From positions 1 through 32,867 of the forward strand of contig JAFGJV010000020.1 in NCBI GenBank assembly GCA_016928955.1: 32,867 nucleotides of DNA. Reading direction: 5' to 3'. Source of the stretch: Spirochaetales bacterium (GTDB taxonomy: Bacteria > Spirochaetota > Spirochaetia > Treponematales > UBA12059). How positions within the stretch are numbered: the stretch's first letter is position 1; every line of letters begins with the position of its first letter. This document shows positions 18,662-27,807 of the stretch, in pieces. The notes beneath the pieces are model-generated. The model was given only the letters and a program-made list of their open reading frames with translations. It was not told where the DNA came from and ran no database searches. Both the position numbers and the translations under genes were made by a program.

Positions 18662-19728
18662 TAGACCGCCTTGAGGCCGCAGCCGCCCGCTACGCCCAAC
18701 TCACCGAGCTGGTATCGTCACCCGACCTGGCCCGCGACGCCGCGCGCTACAAGGACACCATGCGCGAGCGCTCCAGGCTTGAGACCCTGGTAAGCTCGTA
18801 CCAGGAATACCGGCGGCTCCTAGACGAGCTTGAGGGGGCCAAGGCCATGGTGGACGGCGAGGCCGACGGCGAGCTCCGCGACCTGGCCAGGGAAGAGCTT
18901 GCCGGGCTGGAGGGCAGGCGGGACGGGCTGGAGGAAAAACTCAGGCTCCTTCTTGTGCCCCATGACCCCCTGGACGACAAGAACACCATCATGGAAGTCC
19001 GCGCTGGCACGGGCGGCGAGGAGGCGGCGCTTTTTGCCGCCGACCTGTACCGCATGTACAGCCGCTACGCCGACGCCAAGGGCTGGAAGCTCGAGGTCAT
19101 GAGCCTGAGCGAGAGCGGCCTTGGCGGTTTCAAGGAAATCATCTTCTCCCTGTCCGGGGAGGGCGTCTTTGGCAAACTGCGATGGGAGTCCGGCGTGCAC
19201 CGCGTGCAGCGCGTGCCCGCGACGGAAGGCTCGGGCCGCATACACACGAGCGCCGTGACCGTGGCCGTGCTTCCGGAGGCGGAGGAAACCGAGATAGACA
19301 TCCGGCCGGATGAACTGCGCATAGACGTGATGCGCGCGGGCGGCCCCGGCGGCCAGTGCGTCAACACCACGGACTCGGCGGTGCGCATAACCCACATCCC
19401 CACCGGGCTGTCGGTGCATTGCCAGGACGAAAAGAGCCAGATCAAGAACAAGGCCAAGGCCATGCGCATACTCCGTGCGCGCCTCTTTGACTACGAGGAG
19501 GAGCGCAAGAACGCCGAGCGCGCGGCCGAGCGCAGGAGCCAGGTCGGCTCGGGCGACCGTTCCGAGCGCATACGGACGTATAACTTTCCGCAGAACCGCG
19601 TCACCGACCACCGCGTGGATGTGACGCTCTATAAACTGGATCTGTTCATGCAGGGCGACATGGACGAGATCGTGGAGGCCCTGTCCGTGTGGGCGCGCGA
19701 CACGGCGCTCAAAAGCGGGCAGCCTTGA
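18658..19728 (+). CDS. prfA: Peptide chain release factor 1
   Basis: [20 protein letters not shown] (PxT), GGPGGQ and [19 protein letters not shown]. Confidence 0.97.
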   Translation: MIDRLEAAAARYAQLTELVSSPDLARDAARYKDTMRERSRLETLVSSYQEYRRLLDELEGAKAMVDGEADGELRDLAREELAGLEGRRDGLEEKLRLLLVPHDPLDDKNTIMEVRAGTGGEEAALFAADLYRMYSRYADAKGWKLEVMSLSESGLGGFKEIIFSLSGEGVFGKLRWESGVHRVQRVPATEGSGRIHTSAVTVAVLPEAEETEIDIRPDELRIDVMRAGGPGGQCVNTTDSAVRITHIPTGLSVHCQDEKSQIKNKAKAMRILRARLFDYEEERKNAERAAERRSQVGSGDRSERIRTYNFPQNRVTDHRVDVTLYKLDLFMQGDMDEIVEALSVWARDTALKSGQP

Positions 19729-20567
19729 CCCTGCGCGAAGCGCTCGCGGAAGGCCAAGGCAGGATCGGGGCAAGCCGCCCAGGATCGCCCTTCCTGGACG
19801 CTTCGCTCCTCTTGGCCTGGGCCCTTGGCAGTACCCGTGATAGGCTCCTGGCCAGCCTGCCCGAGCCCGTGCCGGCTTCCGTCCTTGCGCGGTACCGCGC
19901 CCTGGTGGAGCGCAGGGCATCCGGGGAAGCGGTGGCCTACATCACAGGCCGCAAGGAATTCCTGGGGCGCGACTTTATCGTGGACAGGCGCGTGCTGGTG
20001 CCCAGGCCGGACACCGAGATTCTGGTCGAGACGGCGCTAGCCGGGCTTCCCGCACCCGGGGCAGTGCCGATCAGGATCCACGACGCGTATTGCGGCTCGG
20101 GCTGCGTGGGCATATCGCTGGCCCTGGCCAGGCCGGACGCCGACCTGTCCCTGTCCGACCTGGACCCAGGCGCGCGCGACGTATGCGCGGCCAACTGCCT
20201 GGCCCTGCTTGGCAGGGTACCGCCCATCCTGGCGTCAGACGCCCTGTCCGGCGTGGACGGCCCCTTTGACCTCATTACCGCCAACCCTCCCTATGTGCGC
20301 TCCGACCTTACGCTTTCCATCCTGGGCAAGGGGAGCGTCGAGCCTCGCCTGGCCCTGGACGGCGGTCCTGACGGCCTGGCCCAGTATGGCGCGCTGGCCG
20401 GGCAGGCCATGCTGCGGCTAGCTCCGGGAGGCGTCCTGGCAGTTGAGATTGGGGACGAACAGGCCGCCGACGTGGCGCGGCTGTTCGACGCGGCAGGGTT
20501 TGCCCAGGTGCGCACGACGCGCGACCTGGCCGGGCACGACCGCGTGGTCACGGGCAGGCGGCCATGA
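19725..20567 (+). CDS. prmC: Release factor glutamine methyltransferase PrmC/HemK
   Basis: [17 protein letters not shown] loop, NPPY and [12 protein letters not shown] 19725 overlaps the prfA stop (TTGA). Confidence 0.93.
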   Translation: MTLREALAEGQGRIGASRPGSPFLDASLLLAWALGSTRDRLLASLPEPVPASVLARYRALVERRASGEAVAYITGRKEFLGRDFIVDRRVLVPRPDTEILVETALAGLPAPGAVPIRIHDAYCGSGCVGISLALARPDADLSLSDLDPGARDVCAANCLALLGRVPPILASDALSGVDGPFDLITANPPYVRSDLTLSILGKGSVEPRLALDGGPDGLAQYGALAGQAMLRLAPGGVLAVEIGDEQAADVARLFDAAGFAQVRTTRDLAGHDRVVTGRRP

Positions 20568-22609
20568 AGTACGACGAGCGCCTTGACGACCGGCTGGACA
20601 AGTTCGCGGACGACGAGCGCGGGCGCATAGCCCAGGCTCGCGACTGGGCCGGCCAACTGCACGCCGGAAAGACGCGCGCCTCCGGCGAGCCGGAGCTCGC
20701 CCACCTGGAGCGTGTGGCGGCTATACTGGCCGGCATGGGCATGGACGCGGACAGCGTTTTGGCCGGACTTCTCCACCATGCCATGGAGCACGCCCAGGCA
20801 GACCGGCCGGAACTGGAACGCCGCTTTGGCGGGAGGGTGGCGGCCCTGGCGGCCGAGCTTGCCAGCGTCGCGTCGCTCAAGGCGCGGAACAAGACCATTC
20901 ACGCCGCGGATACCCTGCGCAAGATGCTGTTCGCCATGACCAGCGACCTGCGCGTCATCATCGTCATGCTTGCCGACAAGCTGGACAGCATGCGAACGCT
21001 CAGGTACCTGCCGCCCGACGACCGCAAGAGCATAGCCGCCGACTGCCTGGACGTGTTCGCGCCCCTGGCCGACCGCCTGGGTATCAGCTGGCTCAAGGAC
21101 GAGCTTGAGGACCTGGCGCTCAAGGAGATCAACCGCGAGGCCTACGATCAGATCAAGCTCCTGGTGGCCGGCAAGAAGGCCGAGCGCGAGGCCCTGCTGG
21201 AGCGGGCGCGCGCGGACCTGGTGGCCGAGGCCAAAGCGGAGGGTATGCAGGTCGAGGTGATGGCGCGCGCCAAGCACTTCTATTCCATTTACCAGAAGAT
21301 GCGCCGGCGGGCAAAGGGCTCGGACGAGCTGTACGACCTGTCGGGGCTGCGCCTGCTGTGCGGCACGGAGACCGAGTGCTACGCCCTGGTCGGCATCGTC
21401 CACCGCCTGTGGAAACCCGTGGACGGGCGCTTCAAGGACTACATAGCCAGGCCCAAGGCCAACGGCTACCAAAGCATCCACACCACGGTCCTGGCCTACG
21501 AGGATCTGCCGCTGGAGATCCAGATACGCACGCGGACCATGCACGACATAGCCGAATTCGGGGTGGCGTCGCATTGGCTGTACAAGCGGGGAAGCAGCGC
21601 TGAAGCCAGGCGTCCGGAGGACCTGGCCGTGGTCAGGCGGCTCCAGGACTGGGCGTCCTTCCTGGCCGCGGGCGACGAATTCCTGTCGGGCATCAAGGCC
21701 GAGCTCCTCAAGGATTCCATCTTTGTGTTCACGCCCAAGGGCGACCCGATAGAGCTTCCGGCCGGCGCCACGCCCCTGGACTTTGCGTACGCCATCCATA
21801 CCAGCGTGGGCGAGCGCACCATGGCGGCCAAGGCCGACGGCGCCATCATCCCCCTGGACGCCCAGCTCAGGAACACGCAGGTGGTGGACATACTGACCAG
21901 CGCTACGGCCAGGCCGAGCGTCAACTGGCTGAACTCGGTCAGGACCAGCCGCGCCAAGTCCAAGATACGCCAGTGGCTGGTGAACAACGGGCTCATGTCG
22001 GCTCCGGAGCGGGCCGGGGCCAGGAAGCGCGACGAGAGGGACGACGCTGACAGGCCGCGCGTTATCGAGCGGCGCGCCGAACCCGAGCAGGACCAGCGCC
22101 GGCCGGATTCGGGCGACCCCGCGGCCGTTGTGGACTTCCGCCCCTACAAGCCGAACGAGGCCACGGACACGGCCTCCGTGGGTCTGCGCATAGCTGGGGC
22201 GGGCAACCTGATGGTTCGCTTTGCAGGATGCTGCAAGCCGGCCGCGGGCGACAGGATCGTGGGCTATGTGTCCCGCGGGCGGGGTATCGTCATACACCGC
22301 GCCGGCTGTCCCAACCTGCCGAACATCAGCGAGTTCGCCGAGCGCCGCGTGGACGTCAGCTGGGAGGTGACGCCGGGGCTGACGCGGCGCTACCGGGTGT
22401 CGGCCAAGCGCTCCGACGACCTGTTCTCGGAGATAGAGAATGCGGCCAAGAAAAACGGAGGCCGTCTCCTAGAAGGGCGCCTCGAGCAGGAGGCTGACGG
22501 ACTGTCGGGCAGCTTTACCATGGCCTTTTCCAGTGCGGACGACGCCAAGGTGGTGGAGCGCAACCTGCGCAACGTGCCGTCCATCCTGGCCATACGGCGC
22601 GAGGACTGA
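20564..22609 (+). CDS. Long RelA/SpoT homolog ((p)ppGpp synthetase; hydrolase domain degenerate)
   Basis: Synthetase motifs RAKHFYSIYQK, DLSGLR, RFKDY, GYQSIHT and EIQIRT; TGS (FTPKG...DFAYAIHT); ZFD (CCKP...IHRAGC); C-terminal ACT-like region. ATGA overlap with prmC. Confidence 0.95.
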   Translation: MKYDERLDDRLDKFADDERGRIAQARDWAGQLHAGKTRASGEPELAHLERVAAILAGMGMDADSVLAGLLHHAMEHAQADRPELERRFGGRVAALAAELASVASLKARNKTIHAADTLRKMLFAMTSDLRVIIVMLADKLDSMRTLRYLPPDDRKSIAADCLDVFAPLADRLGISWLKDELEDLALKEINREAYDQIKLLVAGKKAEREALLERARADLVAEAKAEGMQVEVMARAKHFYSIYQKMRRRAKGSDELYDLSGLRLLCGTETECYALVGIVHRLWKPVDGRFKDYIARPKANGYQSIHTTVLAYEDLPLEIQIRTRTMHDIAEFGVASHWLYKRGSSAEARRPEDLAVVRRLQDWASFLAAGDEFLSGIKAELLKDSIFVFTPKGDPIELPAGATPLDFAYAIHTSVGERTMAAKADGAIIPLDAQLRNTQVVDILTSATARPSVNWLNSVRTSRAKSKIRQWLVNNGLMSAPERAGARKRDERDDADRPRVIERRAEPEQDQRRPDSGDPAAVVDFRPYKPNEATDTASVGLRIAGAGNLMVRFAGCCKPAAGDRIVGYVSRGRGIVIHRAGCPNLPNISEFAERRVDVSWEVTPGLTRRYRVSAKRSDDLFSEIENAAKKNGGRLLEGRLEQEADGLSGSFTMAFSSADDAKVVERNLRNVPSILAIRRED

Positions 22610-22631
22610 GCTCGCTGTACGCAGCGGCGCA

Positions 22632-22676
22632 AAGACAAGGAGAGGCGGGCCGAAACGGCCCGCCTCTCCTTGTCTT
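22632..22676. terminator. Perfect 21-bp hairpin, probable bidirectional terminator between convergent genes
   Basis: AAGACAAGGAGAGGCGGGCCG-aaa-CGGCCCGCCTCTCCTTGTCTT. Confidence 0.75.
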
Positions 22677-22702
22677 AACCTTTCATGCTCGCGCGCAGTG
22701 TG

Positions 22703-24244
22703 TCACTCGGCGGCCGTGAAGCGCAGGTAGTCGGCCTTGTCCACCTTGTTGATGGTAGCCGAGTCGCCCACCACGATCCAGCTGACCGGAGCCGGCACCA
22801 CGTACGCCTTGACCGCGGCCACCACGTCGGCCGCCTGGATGGCGTTGATCTTGTCTATAAAGCGCAGGTATTCGGTAGCGTCGCCAAAATAGAAGAGGCT
22901 CTGCGCCAGCTGGGACGCCATCTCGGCGTTGGTCTGCTGGCTGCCGTAGAAGGCGTTGACGTACTTGGCCTTGTACGCTCCGATGGTGTCGGCCAGCGGG
23001 GCGTAGGCGTCATCACCGCCGGCCACGCTCAGGGACTTGCCGGAGGCGAGCAGGGCTATGGCCTGGTCTACCCAGGTCTTGACGGCCTCGGGCTGGCTGG
23101 TCTTGTACACCACCAGGGACCCGTAGGGATTCTGGAAGCCGTGGGCGTTGGCCCAGGTGGAGTAGCAGGCCCCGTGCTCAGTGCGCACGATGGAGAACAA
23201 CAGCTCGTTGAGTATGGAATAGGCCAGCTGGAGGGTCGGGAAGTCCGGGCTCTTCACGTCAGCTATGGGATAGTCGCCGCGCACGTAGGCAATGCCCTTG
23301 GACTTCTCGAATTTTTCCAGGTACACGGCGGGGGCGACCTGGTGGCGCTCGACCAGGGGCAGGGCCACGCCGGTGCGGGGCAGGGTGCCAAAGGTGGCGT
23401 TCAGGGCGGCCGCCAGCTTGTCGGCGTCAAAGTTGCCCACGGCGACGATGGCCATGCGGTCGGCCTGGAGCTTGGACGCCCAGTAGTCCTTGACCTCGGA
23501 CAGGGCGATGGATCCGATGGACGCCGGAGTGCCGGCAAAGTCGGCCTGGTACGGGTGGCCGGCGAACATCTTCTCGTGGAGCTTGGCCACCGCGTAGTTG
23601 TACGGGTCTGCCAGGGACTTCTGCACGCTCACCTTGAAGTCGTTCTGAACCAGGTTGAACTGGCCGGAGTCAAAGGCTGGCCTGAGCACGCAGTCCGCGA
23701 ACACGGCGAACATGTCGTCCCAGTACTTGTCTATGGTGTTGAGGTCAAAGCTGGCCCAGTCATACCCGGCGGCCGTGTAGCCGATGGAGCTGCTCTTTTC
23801 GTACTGGAAGCGCTGGAGTTCGGCGTAGCCATAGGACGCCGATCCGCGGGCCATCAGGGCAAGCGTCATGGCCTCAAGGCCGGCCTTGTCCGGGCCGACC
23901 ATGGCAACACCGCCCTTGAAGGCTACCTTCAGGGTGAACACGCGGTTGGCCGGGTTTTTCTTGATGATGACGGGGACGCCGTTGGCCAAGGTCCGCGTCT
24001 CTATGGTTTCCAGGTTGGCCTGCATGTAGGCGCCGGGCGTGTCGGGCGTCTTCCACGCGGCCACGGGGCCGGCCGGAAGCTTCCAGCCCGCGTACGCTTC
24101 CTTGGCGGCGTCTTCTGGACTGCGCGCGTCAGCGGCCGGCGTTATGGCCGCGTCTGCGGCTGCGGCCGGCGAACCGACGCACGAGCCGAGGATGGCTAGC
24201 GTCGCCGAAAGCGCCAGGGCGACAGACAATATGTAGCGTTTCAT
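22703..24244 (-). CDS. M16 peptidase-family non-catalytic subunit, predicted lipoprotein
   Basis: TLANGVPV M16 start, no HxxEH, conserved R/Y pair in VRTEHGACYS, lipobox LGSC. ATG 24244 follows GGAGG and overlaps the upstream stop (TAATG). Confidence 0.85.
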   Translation of the reverse strand: MKRYILSVALALSATLAILGSCVGSPAAAADAAITPAADARSPEDAAKEAYAGWKLPAGPVAAWKTPDTPGAYMQANLETIETRTLANGVPVIIKKNPANRVFTLKVAFKGGVAMVGPDKAGLEAMTLALMARGSASYGYAELQRFQYEKSSSIGYTAAGYDWASFDLNTIDKYWDDMFAVFADCVLRPAFDSGQFNLVQNDFKVSVQKSLADPYNYAVAKLHEKMFAGHPYQADFAGTPASIGSIALSEVKDYWASKLQADRMAIVAVGNFDADKLAAALNATFGTLPRTGVALPLVERHQVAPAVYLEKFEKSKGIAYVRGDYPIADVKSPDFPTLQLAYSILNELLFSIVRTEHGACYSTWANAHGFQNPYGSLVVYKTSQPEAVKTWVDQAIALLASGKSLSVAGGDDAYAPLADTIGAYKAKYVNAFYGSQQTNAEMASQLAQSLFYFGDATEYLRFIDKINAIQAADVVAAVKAYVVPAPVSWIVVGDSATINKVDKADYLRFTAAE

Positions 24245-25716
24245 TACTCGGTCCTCCACCAGAAGGCGTTATCCGGGCTCACGGTCTCAAAGCCGGCGGC
24301 CGCCAGCGCGTCCTTCTCCGCCTGGTAGTCGGCGGGATTGACGCGCAGGGCCACTATGTCCACGTTCTTGAGCACGTAGCGGTTCAGGAAGGCGGCTATG
24401 TCCGCGCGCTCGACCTTTTTCATGTTCGTCACGTAGCCAAAGAAGTAGTCGGTTGACGCCACCGACCACCAGAACGACAGGGTCTCTATGAATTTTTCCG
24501 GGGTCTCGAGGGACAGGATCTGCTCGTCCTCCAGCTTCTGCTTGACCACGGAAAATTCCTGGGCCGAGAAGTAGCCTGCGTCCGACACCATGGCCTTGAC
24601 CTCGCCGTCGCGTACCACGCCCCGGAACTGGTCCTTGGCCCGCTGGGCCAGGGGCGCGTTGGCCGCGTCCACCATGATGTAGGTTGAGAAGAATATCTGC
24701 CCGCCGTCGCGCTGGGTGTAGTAATAGGCGGACGTGTAGTCCTTGTCGTACAGGGCAGGTACCTGGTCGTACACCGTTTTCTTGAAGCGGCCGTCCGGGT
24801 TCTGGAGCAGGAAGCCCCACACGTCGGCGGCGTAGGTAGCCTTGGGGTCGGCCAACACGTCCGGGCCGCGCATGCGCAGTTCCACGTAGCCTATGCCCTT
24901 GGGCAGGGACTCGTCTGGGTACACCAGGTACGCGGGCGCCTTGAGGCCGGGCGTGGGATGGGCGGGAGCGGGAACCTTCCACGGATCGGCCGCGCGCTTC
25001 CAGGAGCCGTACCACTTCTTGACCAGGGCGTACACCTCATCGGGGTTGACGTCCCCGCCCACAAAGATGGCGGCGTTGTTGGGTATGTAGAACGCGTTCT
25101 GGATGGCGCGCAGGGTGTCGGATGTGGCCGACGCCACCACGGCCTCGTAGCCGCCTATGTCGCGGCGCCAGGGGTAGGCGGAAAACAGGCGCTTGTCCAT
25201 GGCCGCCGAGTACACCTGGTCGGGATCGGACAGGAAACCGTTGATCTCGTTGATGACCACGCTCTTTTCTATCTCGAGCTCGTCGTCCTCAAAGAGCGGT
25301 TCCCGCACTGCGTAGGACCAGAACTCCAGGCCGGCCTCCGTCTTGTCCGAGGGCACGGTGAAGTAGTAGGTCACGTACTCGGTGGACGTGCCGCCGTTCC
25401 ACTCGGCCACGCCGAGCTGGGTCATAGCGGCGGAAAATTCGGTTTCCGTGGCGTATTTTGAGTTCCCCTTGAAGAGCATGTGCTCGTACAGGTGGAAGAG
25501 CCCCACGGTCTCCGGCGTCTGGGTGATGGACCCGCAGCGGAACGTGATCTGGATGCGCGCCAGGGGAACCTGGTGGTTTTCCAGCACGAAGAGCTCAAGG
25601 CCGTTGTCCAGCTTGAAGCGCTTGAGCCCGGCTATGGGCGTGCCGTCCGCGTACGCGGCCTGGGACAGACCCAGGCACAGCGTAAACGCAAGGAATGCCA
25701 AAAGCGAACGTTTCAT
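24244..25716 (-). CDS. M16 (pitrilysin/insulinase family) zinc peptidase, catalytic subunit, exported
   Basis: GLFHLYEHMLFKG (HxxEH), NGGTS, distal Glu in VVINE, signal peptide ending AYA, and a GGAGG RBS. Confidence 0.92.
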   Translation of the reverse strand: MKRSLLAFLAFTLCLGLSQAAYADGTPIAGLKRFKLDNGLELFVLENHQVPLARIQITFRCGSITQTPETVGLFHLYEHMLFKGNSKYATETEFSAAMTQLGVAEWNGGTSTEYVTYYFTVPSDKTEAGLEFWSYAVREPLFEDDELEIEKSVVINEINGFLSDPDQVYSAAMDKRLFSAYPWRRDIGGYEAVVASATSDTLRAIQNAFYIPNNAAIFVGGDVNPDEVYALVKKWYGSWKRAADPWKVPAPAHPTPGLKAPAYLVYPDESLPKGIGYVELRMRGPDVLADPKATYAADVWGFLLQNPDGRFKKTVYDQVPALYDKDYTSAYYYTQRDGGQIFFSTYIMVDAANAPLAQRAKDQFRGVVRDGEVKAMVSDAGYFSAQEFSVVKQKLEDEQILSLETPEKFIETLSFWWSVASTDYFFGYVTNMKKVERADIAAFLNRYVLKNVDIVALRVNPADYQAEKDALAAAGFETVSPDNAFWWRTE

Positions 25717-25758
25717 AGAATCCCTCCACGGGCGGCGGGATGGCCGCCGCTTCCCGAC

Positions 25759-25787
25759 AGGCTAGAGCCCGGGGTTCCGTCTGTCAA
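25759..25787 (-). promoter_or_regulatory. Sigma70-type promoter of the M16 pair
   Basis: Minus strand TTGACA (25787-25782), 17 nt, TAGCCT (25764-25759). Confidence 0.65.
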
Positions 25788-25849
25788 GGCGACGCTCGCG
25801 TTTCGGCCGCCCGGGTGGCCCGACCAGAACAGCTTGCCAGTGCCCGGGA

Positions 25850-25879
25850 TTGTCCCTCCGGGCGCCCGGATGCTACAAT
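25850..25879 (+). promoter_or_regulatory. Sigma70-type promoter of mtgA
   Basis: TTGTCC (25850-25855), 18 nt, TACAAT (25874-25879), with a TGn extension. Confidence 0.6.
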
Positions 25880-25920
25880 CCGCGCGCCCGGCGACACCTA
25901 TGGCCGGCGGCGGAGTACCC

Positions 25921-26880
25921 ATGCTTGCCCTGTTGATCCACATCCAGGCCGCCCGGAGCCTGGCCGGCGCCCTTGCCCGGCGCGGTACGGGCTTTGTCCG
26001 TCCGGCGAGTGAGCCCCGTGAGGCTCCGCCCAAAAAACGAGGCCGGCCGCGCGCGAAGGCCTGCCAGACCCTTGAGCCCGCGGCCTTTATTCCGTTTGTC
26101 CCGCAGCCGGAGCCCCTCTGGGACACCAAGGCGCGCCCGGGACCCATAAGCACGGCCGGGTATCCGCCGCTATGGTTCCTTGCCCCCGCCCGCCTGGTTA
26201 TGGCTTGCGCCGTGGGGCTTGCGCGGGGCCTGGCTTGGGCCCACCTGGGCTTTGTCCTGGTCACGTCGACGCTGGTGGCCTGTTACGCCTTTGTCGACCC
26301 CAGCGTTACCGTCCTGTCCATCCAGCGCCGCTACGCGGACGGCTACGCTCCTGTGTCACGGCCCATGCCGGTGACCCTGGAGCAGGTGCCCAAAACGGCC
26401 CGGCGCATGCTGGTGTCCGTGGAGGATTCGGGCTTCTGGACCCACCCCGGTTTCAGCCTTGAGGCGTTCGTGCGCGCCGCCGAGGTAAACAAGCGCCTGG
26501 GCCGCCCCCTGTACGGCGGCTCGACCATCAGCATGCAGGTGGCCCGTACCCTGTTCCTGCTGCCCGTAAAGAGTTACCTGCGTAAATATCTGGAGCTGGT
26601 CGTCACCGTTGAGCTTGAGCTCATCCTGAGCAAGGAGCGCATCCTGGAGCTGTACCTGTCCTGGGCAGAATGGGGCAAGGGCGTGTACGGCATAGACATG
26701 GCCGCGCGGCACTATTACCGCGCGAGCGCGTCCAAACTGACCACGGACAGGAGCGCACGGCTACTGGCCATACTGTCGTCGCCGTTGAAATACGGGCCCG
26801 GCACGCTGGGCAAAAGCGACCTCCTCCGCAGTCGCTACGACTTTCTGGTCAAGGCATACCAGATAGGGTCGGCCAAGTAG
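25921..26880 (+). CDS. mtgA: Monofunctional peptidoglycan transglycosylase
   Basis: EDSGFWTHPG, GGSTISMQVAR, RKYLE, SKERILELYL and EWGKGVYG, with one TM segment. The start is uncertain: ATG 25921 has GGAG upstream; 25900 and 26200 are alternatives. Confidence 0.85.
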   Translation: MLALLIHIQAARSLAGALARRGTGFVRPASEPREAPPKKRGRPRAKACQTLEPAAFIPFVPQPEPLWDTKARPGPISTAGYPPLWFLAPARLVMACAVGLARGLAWAHLGFVLVTSTLVACYAFVDPSVTVLSIQRRYADGYAPVSRPMPVTLEQVPKTARRMLVSVEDSGFWTHPGFSLEAFVRAAEVNKRLGRPLYGGSTISMQVARTLFLLPVKSYLRKYLELVVTVELELILSKERILELYLSWAEWGKGVYGIDMAARHYYRASASKLTTDRSARLLAILSSPLKYGPGTLGKSDLLRSRYDFLVKAYQIGSAK

Positions 26881-26886
26881 GGCGCG

Positions 26887-27807
26887 TCAGGGGCGCACCA
26901 GCATCCAGGTAAGCTCATGGCGGTTGTGCCAGAGGTGGAGCACGCGCGAGCCAGGTATGGCAGCGAACTTGGCCACCGTGGCCCGGTCCCAGTCCGCGCC
27001 CTGCATCTTTATGGTACAGATGAAATTCCTGGCCAGGCCCGCCTCCAGCCACCCGCTGACCCAGTCGAACAGGGCCGGGGGATAGCAGATGACGTCTGAG
27101 CACAGCCAGTCCACGGGTCCCAGCTCGGCAGGTTTCAGCGTGAAGGCGTTGTGCTTGATGGCAGTGACGCCGGGCAGTCGGGCCACGGACTCGTCCAGCG
27201 GCGCCCGGTCTATGGCCACCACCTCGGCGCCCAGGCCGGCCAGGGCCCAGGTCCAGCCTCCGGGGCTGGCGCCCGCGTCCACGCAACGCTGGCCGGGGCC
27301 GGGCATGGAGCCCGCCATCACCAGGGCTTCCCACAGCTTCCGGTATGCCCGGCTCGGGGGGCCTTCCTTGTCCTCAAGAAACGACAGCTCGCCGTTGGGC
27401 CAGGGGCTACTGCACCGCGCGCTGGCCATCAGGCTGTGCTCGTCCAGCAGGGTAAAGGCGCCCATGGGATTGTCCGGCAGGTTGAACGGAAAGGCCTTGG
27501 GTTTGGACGGCAGGGGCGGCAACGCCTCGGCTATCAGGGCCGTGCGCCGGGCATGACGATGGACGTAGGGCGCCCAGTTGCGCTGTATGGACCTGAGCAG
27601 GGACGCGGCTTCCTTGATCGACCCGAATTCTGCCACAAAGGGCTTTTGCCATACGTTGCGCGTCCAATACGCCTGTAGTTCCGGCCCCATCACGGTCAGG
27701 AGCTCTCCGTCCGTCCGGTAGGGCGCGGGCAACTCCCCCGCCAGGTGGTCCATGAAGCCTGGCGACGCGTGGTAGCAGGCAGCGTCCAGGTGCTGGACAT
27801 CGCTCAT
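26887..27807 (-). CDS. RlmM/FtsJ-like SAM-dependent RNA 2'-O-methyltransferase
   Basis: PSRAYRKLWEA, VDAGASPGGWT, AIDR, WLCSDV, TIK and HNRHELT, consistent with the K-D-K-E tetrad. Confidence 0.85.
   Translation of the reverse strand: MSDVQHLDAACYHASPGFMDHLAGELPAPYRTDGELLTVMGPELQAYWTRNVWQKPFVAEFGSIKEAASLLRSIQRNWAPYVHRHARRTALIAEALPPLPSKPKAFPFNLPDNPMGAFTLLDEHSLMASARCSSPWPNGELSFLEDKEGPPSRAYRKLWEALVMAGSMPGPGQRCVDAGASPGGWTWALAGLGAEVVAIDRAPLDESVARLPGVTAIKHNAFTLKPAELGPVDWLCSDVICYPPALFDWVSGWLEAGLARNFICTIKMQGADWDRATVAKFAAIPGSRVLHLWHNRHELTWMLVRP

Noticed and set aside
19345..19365. GGQC instead of GGQH/S in RF1
   Set aside because: The GGQ is intact and the following residue is variable among release factors.
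20291..22297. 668-aa antisense ORF opposite rel
   Set aside because: Shadow ORF expected from GC3-biased codons; no recognisable motifs or RBS.
22685..24199. 504-aa + strand ORF opposite the M16 lipoprotein
   Set aside because: Antisense shadow of a well-supported gene, with non-protein-like composition.
25480..25920. Extended 466-aa version of mtgA
   Set aside because: It overlaps the oppositely oriented M16 gene and both promoters; the start must lie downstream of about 25885.
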